NCBI GenBank assembly: GCA_947462105.1
Contig: CANHNJ010000007.1
Coordinates: 19,638-83,637 of the forward strand
DNA: 64,000 nt
Reading direction: 5' to 3'
DNA from: Alphaproteobacteria bacterium
GTDB taxonomy: Bacteria; Pseudomonadota; Alphaproteobacteria; Micropepsales; Micropepsaceae
A program made the position numbers and the translations under genes. The notes below the pieces were generated by a model, which was not told the origin of the DNA, made no database searches, and worked only from the letters and a program-made list of their open reading frames with translations. Below, piece by piece: positions 1 to 11,667 of this stretch. Positions within the stretch are counted from its first letter, which is position 1, and the number at the start of each line of letters is the position of its first letter.

Positions 1-525
1 GACCAGGCATCCGATTTCGACATCCAGCGATTGCAGATCCTGGAACAGTGGCGCGACAAGGCCATCTGGGAAGCGCAGCATTATTCCGACGGCACCGGCG
101 ACTTCAACGCGCTCAAGAGCACGCTGGAACAGCAGGGCCGCGCCGTGCCGGGCCATGCCCTGATCGGCAACTGACGTTGCCGCAACATGAAGATGGGCGG
201 CATGAACGCCTATATCGTCTATCAGTGGTTCGACTGCCGCATCGTGCCGATGAATGGCGGCCTGCTGCTGCAAAAGACCACTGGGTCCTTGCGCACGCAG
301 GGCTGGCTCTATCCCGAAAACGGCGCCTGGATTTACCTGGGTTCGCAGTCGGCGCGCGGCGAAAGGCTGGGCAACTATTCCGGGCGCACCCCCAGCGCCG
401 GCGCGCCCGCCACGCCCGACGACCAGATCGGCCTGCTCACCGGCATCGGCAACAACCGCCTGCGGCTGGAAATTCCCGGCCCGGTGGAAGAATCCACCTA
501 CGACATCATCGAGTTCGCACGCTAA
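1..525 (+). pseudogene. DUF4893-like protein, 5' partial, with in-frame TGA at 172-174
   Basis: Frame 1 is open from base 1 (DQASDFDIQRLQILEQWRDK...LIGN*RCRNMKMGG...YQWFDCRI...ESTYDIIEFAR). The TGA falls where the family motif G-x-W-x-C-R-x-x-K has Trp (family recognised from memory). Confidence 0.6.
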
Positions 526-547
526 GCGGCGTTGACACCCGCACAGC

Positions 548-579
548 AAAAAGCCCTCGCTCTGCGGCGAGGGCTTTTT
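548..579. terminator. Bidirectional rho-independent terminator
   Basis: AAAAAGCCCTCGC-TCTGCG-GCGAGGGCTTTTT between convergent genes. Confidence 0.85.
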
Positions 580-591
580 ATTTGCGTCCTT

Positions 592-617
592 GTCATGCCC
601 ACTTGCGCGGGCATGAT
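592..617. repeat. REP-like palindrome (GTCAT family)
   Basis: GTCATGCCC-ACTTGCGC-GGGCATGAT; same start motif as palindromes at 7386, 7442, 22967, 23020 and 55048. Confidence 0.5.
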
Positions 618-624
618 AATGCAA

Positions 625-1797
625 TCAGGTGCGCTTGGCTTTTGCCGCCGCCGCAAAGCGCTCGAACAGATAGTGCGAATCCATCGGTCCGGGTGACGCC
701 TCGGGATGGTACTGCACGCTGAAGACATCCTTGCCGTCCAGCGCGATGCCGCAATTGGTGCCGTCGAACAGCGAGACATGCGTCTGCTTCACATTGGCCG
801 GCAGCGTGTCGGGATCCACCGTGAAGCCGTGGTTCATCGAGACGATCTCGACCTTGCCGGTGGTGACGTCCTTCACCGGATGGTTGGCGCCGTGATGGCC
901 CTGCGCCATCTTCTTGGTCTTTCCACCCAATGCGAGTCCCAGCATCTGGTGGCCCAGGCAGATGCCGAAAACCGGCGTGCCGGTGGCGATCACGCCCTGG
1001 ATGGTGGGAATGGCATAGACGCCCGTCGCCGCCGGATCACCGGGGCCGTTCGACAGCAGCACGCCGTCGGGCTTGTGGCGCATCACCTCTTCGGTGCTGG
1101 CGCTGGCCGGCACCACGGTGATGTCCGCGCCCATGCTGGCGAGAATACGCAGGATGTTGCGCTTGACGCCGTAATCGATGACCACGGCCTTCCAGCTCGG
1201 CGTGGGCAACGCGCCATAGCCCTTGTCCCAGACCCACTTCGTCTCGTTCCACTTGTAGGTCTGGCGCGAGGTCACGTCCTTGGCGAGGTCGAGGCCTTCC
1301 AGGCCGGGAAAGCCCTGGGCCGCCTTCAGCAGCGCGTCATTGTCGGGCGCGCCATTGACGATGGCGCCATGCGGCATGCCCTTTTCGCGGATCAGGCTGG
1401 TGAGGGCGCGGGTATCGACACCGGCGATGGCGGGAATGTTGTGCTTCTTCAGCCAGCGGTCGAGCGTGGCGATGGCGCGGTAGTTCGACGGATGCTCGGC
1501 ATCCGCACGCACGATCAGGCTGCGCACCACCGGCGTCAGGGTCTCGATATCCTCGTCATTGGTGCCGACAATGCCGATATGCGGGAAGGTGAAGGCCACA
1601 ATCTGCCCGGCATAGCTGGGATCGCTCAGGATCTCCTGGTAGCCGGTCATGGCGGTGTTGAAGCAGACCTCGCCCACCGCGATGCCTTCCGCGCCGAAGC
1701 CGGTGCCGTCAAAGAAGGTGCCGTCCGCCAGCATCAAACCACCGTGCGCAAATGACGCCTCCGCGACGGCGGAGGGGGCGGAAGTTTTGTCGGTCAT
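625..1797 (-). CDS. carA: Carbamoyl-phosphate synthase small subunit
   Basis: GEVCFNTAMTGYQEILSDPSY, SNGPGDP, GICLGHQ, SVQYHPEASPGP motifs. Confidence 0.98.
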   Translation of the reverse strand: MTDKTSAPSAVAEASFAHGGLMLADGTFFDGTGFGAEGIAVGEVCFNTAMTGYQEILSDPSYAGQIVAFTFPHIGIVGTNDEDIETLTPVVRSLIVRADAEHPSNYRAIATLDRWLKKHNIPAIAGVDTRALTSLIREKGMPHGAIVNGAPDNDALLKAAQGFPGLEGLDLAKDVTSRQTYKWNETKWVWDKGYGALPTPSWKAVVIDYGVKRNILRILASMGADITVVPASASTEEVMRHKPDGVLLSNGPGDPAATGVYAIPTIQGVIATGTPVFGICLGHQMLGLALGGKTKKMAQGHHGANHPVKDVTTGKVEIVSMNHGFTVDPDTLPANVKQTHVSLFDGTNCGIALDGKDVFSVQYHPEASPGPMDSHYLFERFAAAAKAKRT

Positions 1798-1881
1798 GGG
1801 AAGCCTCGAATTTGCGCGAAAATAGGGATGTGACAGCAGCGCGTCAACCTGAACTAATCGAGCAAAATCAAGTCGTTGGAA

Positions 1882-1890
1882 TTATCCACG
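1882..1890 (+). promoter_or_regulatory. Possible DnaA box
   Basis: TTATCCACG, an 8/9 match to TTATCCACA, in the carA/yqeY divergent intergenic region. Confidence 0.3.
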
Positions 1891-1932
1891 GTTTCCCGGT
1901 AACGTCCGCGCGCATTTCCAAGCGAGTCTCTT

Positions 1933-2397
1933 ATGTCCCTGCGCCAGACCCTGACCGACGCCATGAAGGACGCGATGAAGGCCAAGCAGCCCGCGCGCCT
2001 CGCCACTATCCGCATGATTCTGGCGGCACTGAAGGACCGCGACATCGCCGCCCGTAGCGAAGACAATCGCGACCTGGTGCCGGATGACGACATCCTCACC
2101 CTCCTGGCCAAGATGGTGAAGCAGCGCGAGGAATCCGCCGCCGTCTATGTCCAGGGCGGCCGCCCCGAACTGGCCCAGAACGAACAGGACGAGATCGCCA
2201 TCATCCGGGACTTCATGCCCAAGCAGATGGAAGAGGCCGAGGCCCGCGCCGCCATCGCCGCCGTGGTCACGGAACTGGGCGCGACCAGCGTCAAGGACAT
2301 GGGCAAGGTGATGGCCGCGCTGAAAGAGCGCTTCGCCGGCCAGATGGATTTCGGCAAGGCCTCCGGTCAGGTGAAAGAAGCCCTGACGCCGAAATAG
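1933..2397 (+). CDS. yqeY: GatB/YqeY domain protein
   Basis: MKDAMKAK...KMVKQREES...KDMGKVM; usual position before dnaG. Confidence 0.92.
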   Translation: MSLRQTLTDAMKDAMKAKQPARLATIRMILAALKDRDIAARSEDNRDLVPDDDILTLLAKMVKQREESAAVYVQGGRPELAQNEQDEIAIIRDFMPKQMEEAEARAAIAAVVTELGATSVKDMGKVMAALKERFAGQMDFGKASGQVKEALTPK

Positions 2398-2542
2398 GCG
2401 CGGTTCTTTTGCGCCGCGGCTTCGCCGAACAGGCTCGCCTCAGGCCATTTTCCAGGAAAAGACTGGATTTTCTGGCTTCATGCACAGGGGAATAGCCAAG
2501 AAACCGCCCCCCGGGCGCTGATTTCAGCGTAGGGTCCGGGCC

Positions 2543-4372
2543 ATGCGCTATGGCGAAGGATTGCTGGAGGAAGTCCGGCGGCGGACCGATCTGGTCGCGC
2601 TGTTAGGCCGCCGCGTCAAGCTGGTGCGCAAGGGCCGGGTGATGTGGGGCTGCTGCCCTTTCCATCCGGAAAAATCGCCCAGCTTCAAGGTCGAGAATGA
2701 GCGCCGCCTCTACAAATGCTTTGGCTGCGGCCAGGGCGGCGACTGCTTCAAGTGGCTGATGGAAACCGAAGGCATGGCCTTCCCCGAAGCGGTGGAAAAG
2801 CTGGCGGCGGAAGCGGGCGTCGAACTGCCGAAATGGTCGCCGGAAGACGAGGCGCGCGAAAGCCGCAAGAAGTCGCTCTACGAGATCATCGAGCTGGCGG
2901 CGCAATTCTATCACGACCAGCTCTTCGCCGATGGTGGGCGGCCTGCGCGCGATTACCTGAAGGGGCGCGGTCTGGATGGCACGGCGGCGAAACAGTTTCG
3001 CCTCGGCTATGCGCCGCCTGGTAACAACGCGCTGATCGATCATCTCACCGCGCACAACATCACCCAGGACGACATGATCGAGGCGGGCCTGGCGCGGCCC
3101 GCACAGGATGGCCGCCCGATGCGCGACTTCTTCTTCGACCGCATCATGTTTCCCATCACCGACGGGCGTGGCCGCACCATTGCCTTTGGCGGCCGCGGCA
3201 TGGCCCCCGATGCCAAGCCCAAATACATCAACACGGGCGAAACACCCTTATTTTCCAAGGGTTCCCAGCTCTACAATTTCCAGACGGCGCGCGCCGCCGC
3301 GATCAAGGCCGGCACCATCATCCTGGCCGAAGGCTATATGGATGTGATCGCACTGGTGCGCGCGGGCTTCGCCCATGCCGTCGCGCCGCTGGGCACCGCC
3401 TTCACCGAAGACCAGTTGCAGATGCTGTGGCGCAGCGCGCCCGAACCGGTGCTGGCCTTTGATGGCGACGATGCGGGCCGCAAGGCGGCGCTGCGGGCGG
3501 CACACATGGCGCTGCCGCATCTCAAGGCCGGACACAGCCTGCGCTTCGCCTTCCTGCCGCAGGGCGAAGACCCCGATACGCTGATCGCGCATCAGGGTGC
3601 GGGCGCGATGGCGGGGCTGATCGACCTGGCGATGCCGTTGTCCGAGCTGCTGTGGCGCAACGAGACCGAGGGCAAGGATTTCTCCACCCCCGAACGCCTG
3701 GCCGGGCTGGAACATGCGCTGCGCGAGATCGCGCAACAGGTTGGTGATCCGCAGATCGGCGCCTATTACCGCGACGCCTTCAAGGAGAAGGTCTTTGCCA
3801 CCTACAAGCGCCGCGCCGCGCCGGTGCCGGGCCGCAGCCCCCGGGGCGAACCCAGCCGGGGTGGCTATGGCCGCACCCGGTTTACACCCCGCCCCCTGCC
3901 GGGGACGCCCGAAGCCCTCTCTGCGGCCGTGCGCCAGTCCCGCCTGGTCCAGGCCGGGGGGGCCGCTGCCCGCCAGGTCAAGGAGGCGGAACTGGCCGGT
4001 TTGCTGTGGGAAGACCCCCAGATCGCCCTGAATCACGCCGAAATGCTGGCCGAGCTGCCTGTCGCCGACCCATCGCTTGACAGGCTGCGCGCCGAACTTC
4101 TAAACCTCGCCGCCTCCGGCTCCAGCCTTGAAAAAGCTGGGGTTCATACCCATTTCGCCCGTCTGGGACTGGCTGAATTCGTGGCGCGCCTTGCGCCCCG
4201 AACCCACCTCCCGGACGGCGGACCGCAAGAGGCTGGTACCGCCGAGGATGATCCTGAAGCCCGGTTCCTGCGCGCCGCACAAGACTTGCGCGAACTGGCG
4301 GATGGACCATCCGAACATAATCGCCTGCTCGGCAGCCGCAAGGCGCGCCATGACGGCGATCTTCGGCGTTGA
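2543..4372 (+). CDS. dnaG: DNA primase
   Basis: CPFHPEKSPSF zinc finger, KYINTGET, AEGYMDV and FDGDDAG TOPRIM motifs. Confidence 0.97.
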   Translation: MRYGEGLLEEVRRRTDLVALLGRRVKLVRKGRVMWGCCPFHPEKSPSFKVENERRLYKCFGCGQGGDCFKWLMETEGMAFPEAVEKLAAEAGVELPKWSPEDEARESRKKSLYEIIELAAQFYHDQLFADGGRPARDYLKGRGLDGTAAKQFRLGYAPPGNNALIDHLTAHNITQDDMIEAGLARPAQDGRPMRDFFFDRIMFPITDGRGRTIAFGGRGMAPDAKPKYINTGETPLFSKGSQLYNFQTARAAAIKAGTIILAEGYMDVIALVRAGFAHAVAPLGTAFTEDQLQMLWRSAPEPVLAFDGDDAGRKAALRAAHMALPHLKAGHSLRFAFLPQGEDPDTLIAHQGAGAMAGLIDLAMPLSELLWRNETEGKDFSTPERLAGLEHALREIAQQVGDPQIGAYYRDAFKEKVFATYKRRAAPVPGRSPRGEPSRGGYGRTRFTPRPLPGTPEALSAAVRQSRLVQAGGAAARQVKEAELAGLLWEDPQIALNHAEMLAELPVADPSLDRLRAELLNLAASGSSLEKAGVHTHFARLGLAEFVARLAPRTHLPDGGPQEAGTAEDDPEARFLRAAQDLRELADGPSEHNRLLGSRKARHDGDLRR

Positions 4373-4418
4373 ACGTAATGACTGGGCCGCCCTTGGGCAG
4401 CCGCATGGGATTTGAGTA

Positions 4419-6845
<2,427 letters not shown>

Positions 6846-6883
6846 TCCACCACGACACCCAAGAAGACGAACCTAGAAGACCC

Positions 6884-7273
6884 ATGGCCCAACGCGACGA
6901 CTCGAAATATTCCAACCGTCTTGAAGATGCCCAGAAGGCGCGTGCCGCCATGCTGGAAAAGGCCAAGCTCCGCGCCGAAGAAGCCCGCAAGAAGCTGCAG
7001 GATACCGCCGGCGAGCGCGCCGCCATCGCCGCCGCCCGCGACGAGCGCCAGAAGCAGAAGGCCGAGGAAAAGCGCCTCGCCGCCGAACGCGCCATCGCCG
7101 ACGCTAAGGCCGCCGAGGAAGCACGCATCAAGGCCGAGGAAGAGGCCAAGATCGAAGCCGAGCGCAAGAAAGAGCAGGATCTGCTCGATCACATGGCGCG
7201 CGAGGCCGAGCAGAAGGCGGCGCGCGATGCTCGCTATGCTGCCCGCAAAGAGCGCGGCAAGAAGAAGCGCTGA
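6884..7273 (+). CDS. Charged coiled-coil protein (DUF6481-like)
   Basis: Strong host codon usage; C-terminal KAARDARYAARKER motif. Confidence 0.75.
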   Translation: MAQRDDSKYSNRLEDAQKARAAMLEKAKLRAEEARKKLQDTAGERAAIAAARDERQKQKAEEKRLAAERAIADAKAAEEARIKAEEEAKIEAERKKEQDLLDHMAREAEQKAARDARYAARKERGKKKR

Positions 7274-7385
7274 TCTTTCCTCCCCCGTTTAAGGGGGAGG
7301 GGGCCCTCTTCGCCTCACTTCGCTCATAAGAAAAGCCAGGCGTGCTCACGCCAAAAAATCTCTAGCGCTTCACAACAGCCCCGGT

Positions 7386-7414
7386 GTCACGGCCCGCTTC
7401 GCGTGGGCCATCCA
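7386..7414. repeat. REP-like palindrome
   Basis: GTCACGGCCCGCTTCGCGTGGGCCATCCA. Confidence 0.6.
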
Positions 7415-7441
7415 GGGTCACAAGCACCGGCTCATCCACCT

Positions 7442-7467
7442 GTCATTCCCGCGCAAGCGGGAATCCA
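7442..7467. repeat. REP-like palindrome
   Basis: GTCATTCCCGCGCAAGCGGGAATCCA. Confidence 0.75.
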
Positions 7468-7959
7468 GCAACACAAGCCATTAAAGTGTTGGTTGGCCCT
7501 ATCCCCACTCCCTATGCACACCAGACCGCACCACATTCATCCCCGCAACGATGGTGGAAGCGGAAAGTGGGTAGGCGCGATGGCAGGGGGAGGGGTGGCG
7601 CGAAAAACGCAAAACAAAGATCAAGCGCTGGCGCTTTCGCGCCTGTCACCGGGCCGCATCTTGTGATGTTCCGCCGGGCGTGGAGGCCGCGCTGGTGGAT
7701 AGGCTAGGAGACGGTCTGCGCGATGATCGACGCCAGCCCCGCGTCATCGCAACGAAATACAACGGGTGCGCTGGGAAAAAGTTCCATACCCAGGATTAGC
7801 CGGTATTCCTCAAATAGATAGCCGTTTTTGCTTCCCCCCGCCGTGGCGCTTGTCTAGGGTCGCCCGCGAAGGTCGAGCGGGGAACGCTCCCTTCCCTGAC
7901 GCGGTGGCCGTCCCGGGTGCCCCAGGTCATTGCCCAACTCATTCCCAAGGAACAGCCGC

Positions 7960-8175
7960 ATGGCCATCGTGGAAGACCGCGCTTTCAAATATCCCGCCGA
8001 GGAAGAGTGCCTCGTGCGCCGCCTGGGCTCCGGCGTCATCGCCGCCTGGGCGTCACTGCCGGAAGAAGCGCGTGACCGCATCCTGGCCGAGGCGCGCGCT
8101 GCCTGGGACCGCGAATTCCATGTGCCGCGCCTGAATGACCGGCTGGAAGCGATCATCCGCCGCCGCAAGATTTAA
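7960..8175 (+). CDS. Small hypothetical protein (71 aa, MAIVEDRAFKY...)
   Basis: AAGGA RBS before the ATG at 7960; host codon usage. Confidence 0.7.
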   Translation: MAIVEDRAFKYPAEEECLVRRLGSGVIAAWASLPEEARDRILAEARAAWDREFHVPRLNDRLEAIIRRRKI

Positions 8176-8184
8176 GGACCAAGA

Positions 8185-8979
8185 TCAGGGCGAAGGCTGG
8201 ATGATGGCGCGGCGATAGGTCGGCTGGGAATCCCAGGACAGCGCCTTTTCCGTGCCGTCGAACAGCGACGCGAACTTGCCACCGCCCACCTTGAAACTGA
8301 ATTCGCTCACCCGGTCCGGCGGCGTGGTGGTGACGTTGCGGGCAATGTCGGTTTCCTGCTCGGTGCGGGCGACCACCAGCTGCGCCGGATTGGTGGGATT
8401 GTAGAAGCGCACTTCGGACGCGGCGCGGTTGGCGGGGCCGCGCACATACTTCACATGCAGCGTGGCGCTTTCGCCGCCAGTGCCGGTCAGCGACCAATCC
8501 TCGGTCACGGTGGTGCTGCCATTGGCGGTGGCGATGCTGCGGCTGGCGGCGCTGCGCGTCGCCTTGACCAGCGTGCCGAAGGTGGCGGCAGTGGCGCTGT
8601 TGTTCTCGCTGATGCCGGCGATCACCATGCGTCCGGTGGCGGTGCCGCCGGTCTGGCGCACCGGCGCCTCCAGATAGACGGCGATATCCTTGCCCGGCGG
8701 CAGCACGCGGGCCGCACCATCCAGCAGGTTAATGCGGTCAATGAAGATCATGCGCAGGTTGCAGTCCTTGGCCGGACCCTGCGCCGCAACGGCAGGCTCC
8801 CATCCGGCGGGCAGCAGTTTCGCCAGCGCCTGTGCATTCACGGCTACGTCAAGCTGGAAGCGATACTCGTTGGACTGTTCCAGCACCGTGCCGGTGACGG
8901 GCGCGGGTGCAGGTGGCGGCGTCTGCGCCTGCGCGGTGGTGGTGAGCAAAAGCGCCGTCAGCAAAGCCAGTTTCTTCAT
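8185..8979 (-). CDS. Secreted hypothetical protein (signal peptide MKKLALL...AQA)
   Basis: GGGGA RBS, Sec signal peptide followed by a Pro-rich linker; downstream of the amidohydrolase on the same strand. Confidence 0.8.
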   Translation of the reverse strand: MKKLALLTALLLTTTAQAQTPPPAPAPVTGTVLEQSNEYRFQLDVAVNAQALAKLLPAGWEPAVAAQGPAKDCNLRMIFIDRINLLDGAARVLPPGKDIAVYLEAPVRQTGGTATGRMVIAGISENNSATAATFGTLVKATRSAASRSIATANGSTTVTEDWSLTGTGGESATLHVKYVRGPANRAASEVRFYNPTNPAQLVVARTEQETDIARNVTTTPPDRVSEFSFKVGGGKFASLFDGTEKALSWDSQPTYRRAIIQPSP

Positions 8980-8997
8980 GATGTCCCCCAATTGCGC

Positions 8998-9942
8998 TCA
9001 GCCTTTCAGGCCGAGCAGATTGTGTGTGTTGGTCCAGGCGATCTTGCGGAAGACCGCCGGCGTGGCAGCCCCCGCCAGCACGGTCAGCGTCTCGCGCGCC
9101 ACGCATTTGCCGCGAATGCGCGGCGCGACGGTGGGATTATCCCGGCCCGCGCCACGTCCGTCGGCGCAACTGCAATCACTGCCAAAATGCAACTTGTCCT
9201 GGTACTTGATCAGGAATTCCCTGGTGAAGGCGGCATTGCGCGACAGGGCATTGTTGCCCGAATTGGCGGACAGGTCGGCATGCATGTTGGGATAATCCGA
9301 CAGCAGCTTCAGGATCACGCCGCCTGGCGCGATCGGACCTTCGGGATAGACATCCTTTTCCGCATAGTCGCCGCTGATATTGGCCCAGAAGGCGTCGCCA
9401 TGGCCGATGAATTTGGTGCGCGGGAAGGCCTTCAGCATGCCTTCGAAGCGCTTGACGCCCATATTGTAGCCGCCGGGCGCGGCGGGCTGGCCGATCTCCT
9501 GGAAATGCAGCAGCACCGGCACATCCAGTTCGGCGGCGACAGCATAGACGCGGCGCATTTCCGGCCCGCCGGCTTCCACCTGGTATTTGAGCTCACCAAA
9601 GCCCCTGGCGCCGGCTTTTGCCGCGTCGGTCAGGCGCTTCTCGATGTCGGGTGCGGCGACATTATACGCGCCGAACCAGCTGGGGAACATGGCTGGGTTG
9701 CTGGCCTGTACCGCTGCGGTCTGGGCAACGCCATCGGCGCGGGTCAGAAGGTTGGCGGCGGTGATGCCCGCGCCCACCTGGTGCGCGATGCTTTGTTCCG
9801 GTGAGCGCATGTGGAAATGCAGATCGATGACGGGCGAGGGCCAGTGCGGCGCATCTGCAGACGAAGAAACCTGCGCCTGTGCAGACAACAGGCCCGTCGC
9901 TGGAATCGCGCCAAGGCCCGCCAGTACGGAACGCCTGTCCAT
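8998..9942 (-). CDS. Amidohydrolase_2 family metallohydrolase with Tat signal
   Basis: MDRRSVL twin-arginine leader; VIDLHFH, VLLHF, FIGHG, LHFGSD metal motifs. Confidence 0.85.
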   Translation of the reverse strand: MDRRSVLAGLGAIPATGLLSAQAQVSSSADAPHWPSPVIDLHFHMRSPEQSIAHQVGAGITAANLLTRADGVAQTAAVQASNPAMFPSWFGAYNVAAPDIEKRLTDAAKAGARGFGELKYQVEAGGPEMRRVYAVAAELDVPVLLHFQEIGQPAAPGGYNMGVKRFEGMLKAFPRTKFIGHGDAFWANISGDYAEKDVYPEGPIAPGGVILKLLSDYPNMHADLSANSGNNALSRNAAFTREFLIKYQDKLHFGSDCSCADGRGAGRDNPTVAPRIRGKCVARETLTVLAGAATPAVFRKIAWTNTHNLLGLKG

Positions 9943-9990
9943 CGCCGTTGCCCCCGCAGATATTATTGTTGGAAGAAGCCTAGCGCCTCG

Positions 9991-10599
9991 TCAGTCCAGG
10001 CGAAAGTTAAAGCTTACGCTGATCCGCCGGCCCCGGGCCCGATTGGGCTGCACGCCGTGGCGCAGCCAGCTTTCCCACAGCAGCAGCAGGCCCGGCCTGG
10101 GCTGCACATCGACAAAGCTGCGGTTTTCCAGCCGCGCCGTCGGCTTGCGTGGTGGCGCCGACATCATCAGGCCAAGGCGCGGGTCTTCGAAGCGGATCGC
10201 GCCGCTGCCCGGCGGCGCCGTCACATAATAGGTGCCGCTGATGACGGAATGCGGATGGATGTGCGGGGCGTGGATGGCATCCTTTTCCATCACGTTCACC
10301 CAGAGCGAATCCAGTTTCAGTTTGCGCCGCCCCAGCTCGAATTGCGCCTTGCGCGCGAACAGCTGCACTTCGCGGTCGATACGCTGGGCCAGGTCGGCGA
10401 AAGGCGGCGCGCGCCGGGTCAGGTCGTCGAGCGAGGCATAGGACGTGTAGCCCTTGTAGCCATGTGCTTTCGACCAGCGCTGGCCCGCCCGGTCTTCCGC
10501 CGCGATCAGCAGGGCGGCAGCCTCCAGCTCGGGATTGCGCCCGGTTCCAAGGTTGGCGCCCAGCAGCGGCGTGGCGAAAAGCGTGTCGAAAGCGGCCAT
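9991..10599 (-). CDS. TIGR02466-family putative 2OG-Fe(II) oxygenase
   Basis: HAPHIHPHSVISGTYYV, WESWLRHGV, RISVSFN. Confidence 0.85.
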   Translation of the reverse strand: MAAFDTLFATPLLGANLGTGRNPELEAAALLIAAEDRAGQRWSKAHGYKGYTSYASLDDLTRRAPPFADLAQRIDREVQLFARKAQFELGRRKLKLDSLWVNVMEKDAIHAPHIHPHSVISGTYYVTAPPGSGAIRFEDPRLGLMMSAPPRKPTARLENRSFVDVQPRPGLLLLWESWLRHGVQPNRARGRRISVSFNFRLD

Positions 10600-10691
10600 T
10601 TCCGGGGTTTCCGAGTCGGTCTGTCGGAGAAGTTAGTGGTTATTTGACCATTTGCGTAGGAAGATAGTGCTGCCTTCGAAGGGTCCCGCCC

Positions 10692-10871
10692 ATGCGTCTT
10701 ACCGCCGCCGCCGTCATTGCTGTCGCCGCTTTCACCCTGTCGGGCTGCATCGCCTATGACGTTGCGTCCACCGCCGTGGGCGTGGCCACCACCGTGGTCA
10801 GCACAGGCGTCAGTGTTGCCGGTGGCGCGATCTGTAGCGTCGCCTGCTCGTCGGACGACGACAAGAAGTAA
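10692..10871 (+). CDS. Small lipoprotein (59 aa; missed by ORF track)
   Basis: MRLTAAAVIAVAAFTLSGC lipobox, then IAYDVASTAVGVATTVVSTGVSVAGGAICSVACSSDDDKK. Confidence 0.75.
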   Translation: MRLTAAAVIAVAAFTLSGCIAYDVASTAVGVATTVVSTGVSVAGGAICSVACSSDDDKK

Positions 10872-10906
10872 TCAGTGGCGCGTCGCTACGCTGCTGCGAG
10901 CGACCA

Positions 10907-11638
10907 TCAAAAAACATCTTTCCGACTGCGGATTTCGGCGAAGACGCTGACATCGTCTGCCGTCTCCATGCCCAGCGTCTTGCGAATCTCGCGTGAACCC
11001 GTGCGCAGGAAGGGGTTGGTCGCTTTCTCTTCCGCAAGCGTCGATGGCACGCTGGGCGTCTGCAGGTTTTTCACCCGCGCCTGCAGTGCCGGATTGCCTG
11101 GCTCCAACGTAAGCGCGAAGCGGCTATTGCTGGCGGCATATTCATGGCCGCACCAGATCTTCGTGTCATCCGGCAGCGCCTTCAGCTTAGCCAGGCTGGC
11201 CGACATCATCGCCGCATCGCCTTCGAACAGGCGGCCACAGCCCAGCACGAACAGCGTGTCGCCGGTGAAGGCGTTGCCGTCGATCACGAAGGTGATGGCG
11301 CCGCGCGTGTGCGCCGGAACTTCCAGCACCTGCACCTTGTGACCGGCAAATTCCCAGCCATCCTTTTCGGTGACGCCGATATCCAGACCAGGAATGCGGT
11401 GGCGGTCATTTTCCGGTCCCACCACCAGCGCGCCGGTGGCCGCCTGCAACGCCAGATTGCCGCCGGTATGGTCGCCATGATGATGGGTGTTGAGGATGTG
11501 GGTCAGGCGCAAGCCTTCGCGGCTCAGCGCCGCCAGCACCGGTTCCGGCTCCGACGGGTCCACCACGGCGCAGGAATCCCCCGTGGCGATAAAATAGGCG
11601 TAATTGTCCTTCAGGCAGGGCACGGTCATAATGCGCAT
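10907..11638 (-). CDS. gloB: Hydroxyacylglutathione hydrolase (glyoxalase II)
   Basis: THHHGDHTGG, GDTLF, CGHEY, EEKATNPFLR. Confidence 0.95.
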   Translation of the reverse strand: MRIMTVPCLKDNYAYFIATGDSCAVVDPSEPEPVLAALSREGLRLTHILNTHHHGDHTGGNLALQAATGALVVGPENDRHRIPGLDIGVTEKDGWEFAGHKVQVLEVPAHTRGAITFVIDGNAFTGDTLFVLGCGRLFEGDAAMMSASLAKLKALPDDTKIWCGHEYAASNSRFALTLEPGNPALQARVKNLQTPSVPSTLAEEKATNPFLRTGSREIRKTLGMETADDVSVFAEIRSRKDVF

Positions 11639-11667
11639 GGCCTCATCCTAACAGCAGAGCATGGCCC

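Noticed and set aside
7386-7467. CRISPR array formed by the repeated palindromes
   Set aside because: The units are non-identical, dispersed and not regularly spaced, and no cas genes are present.
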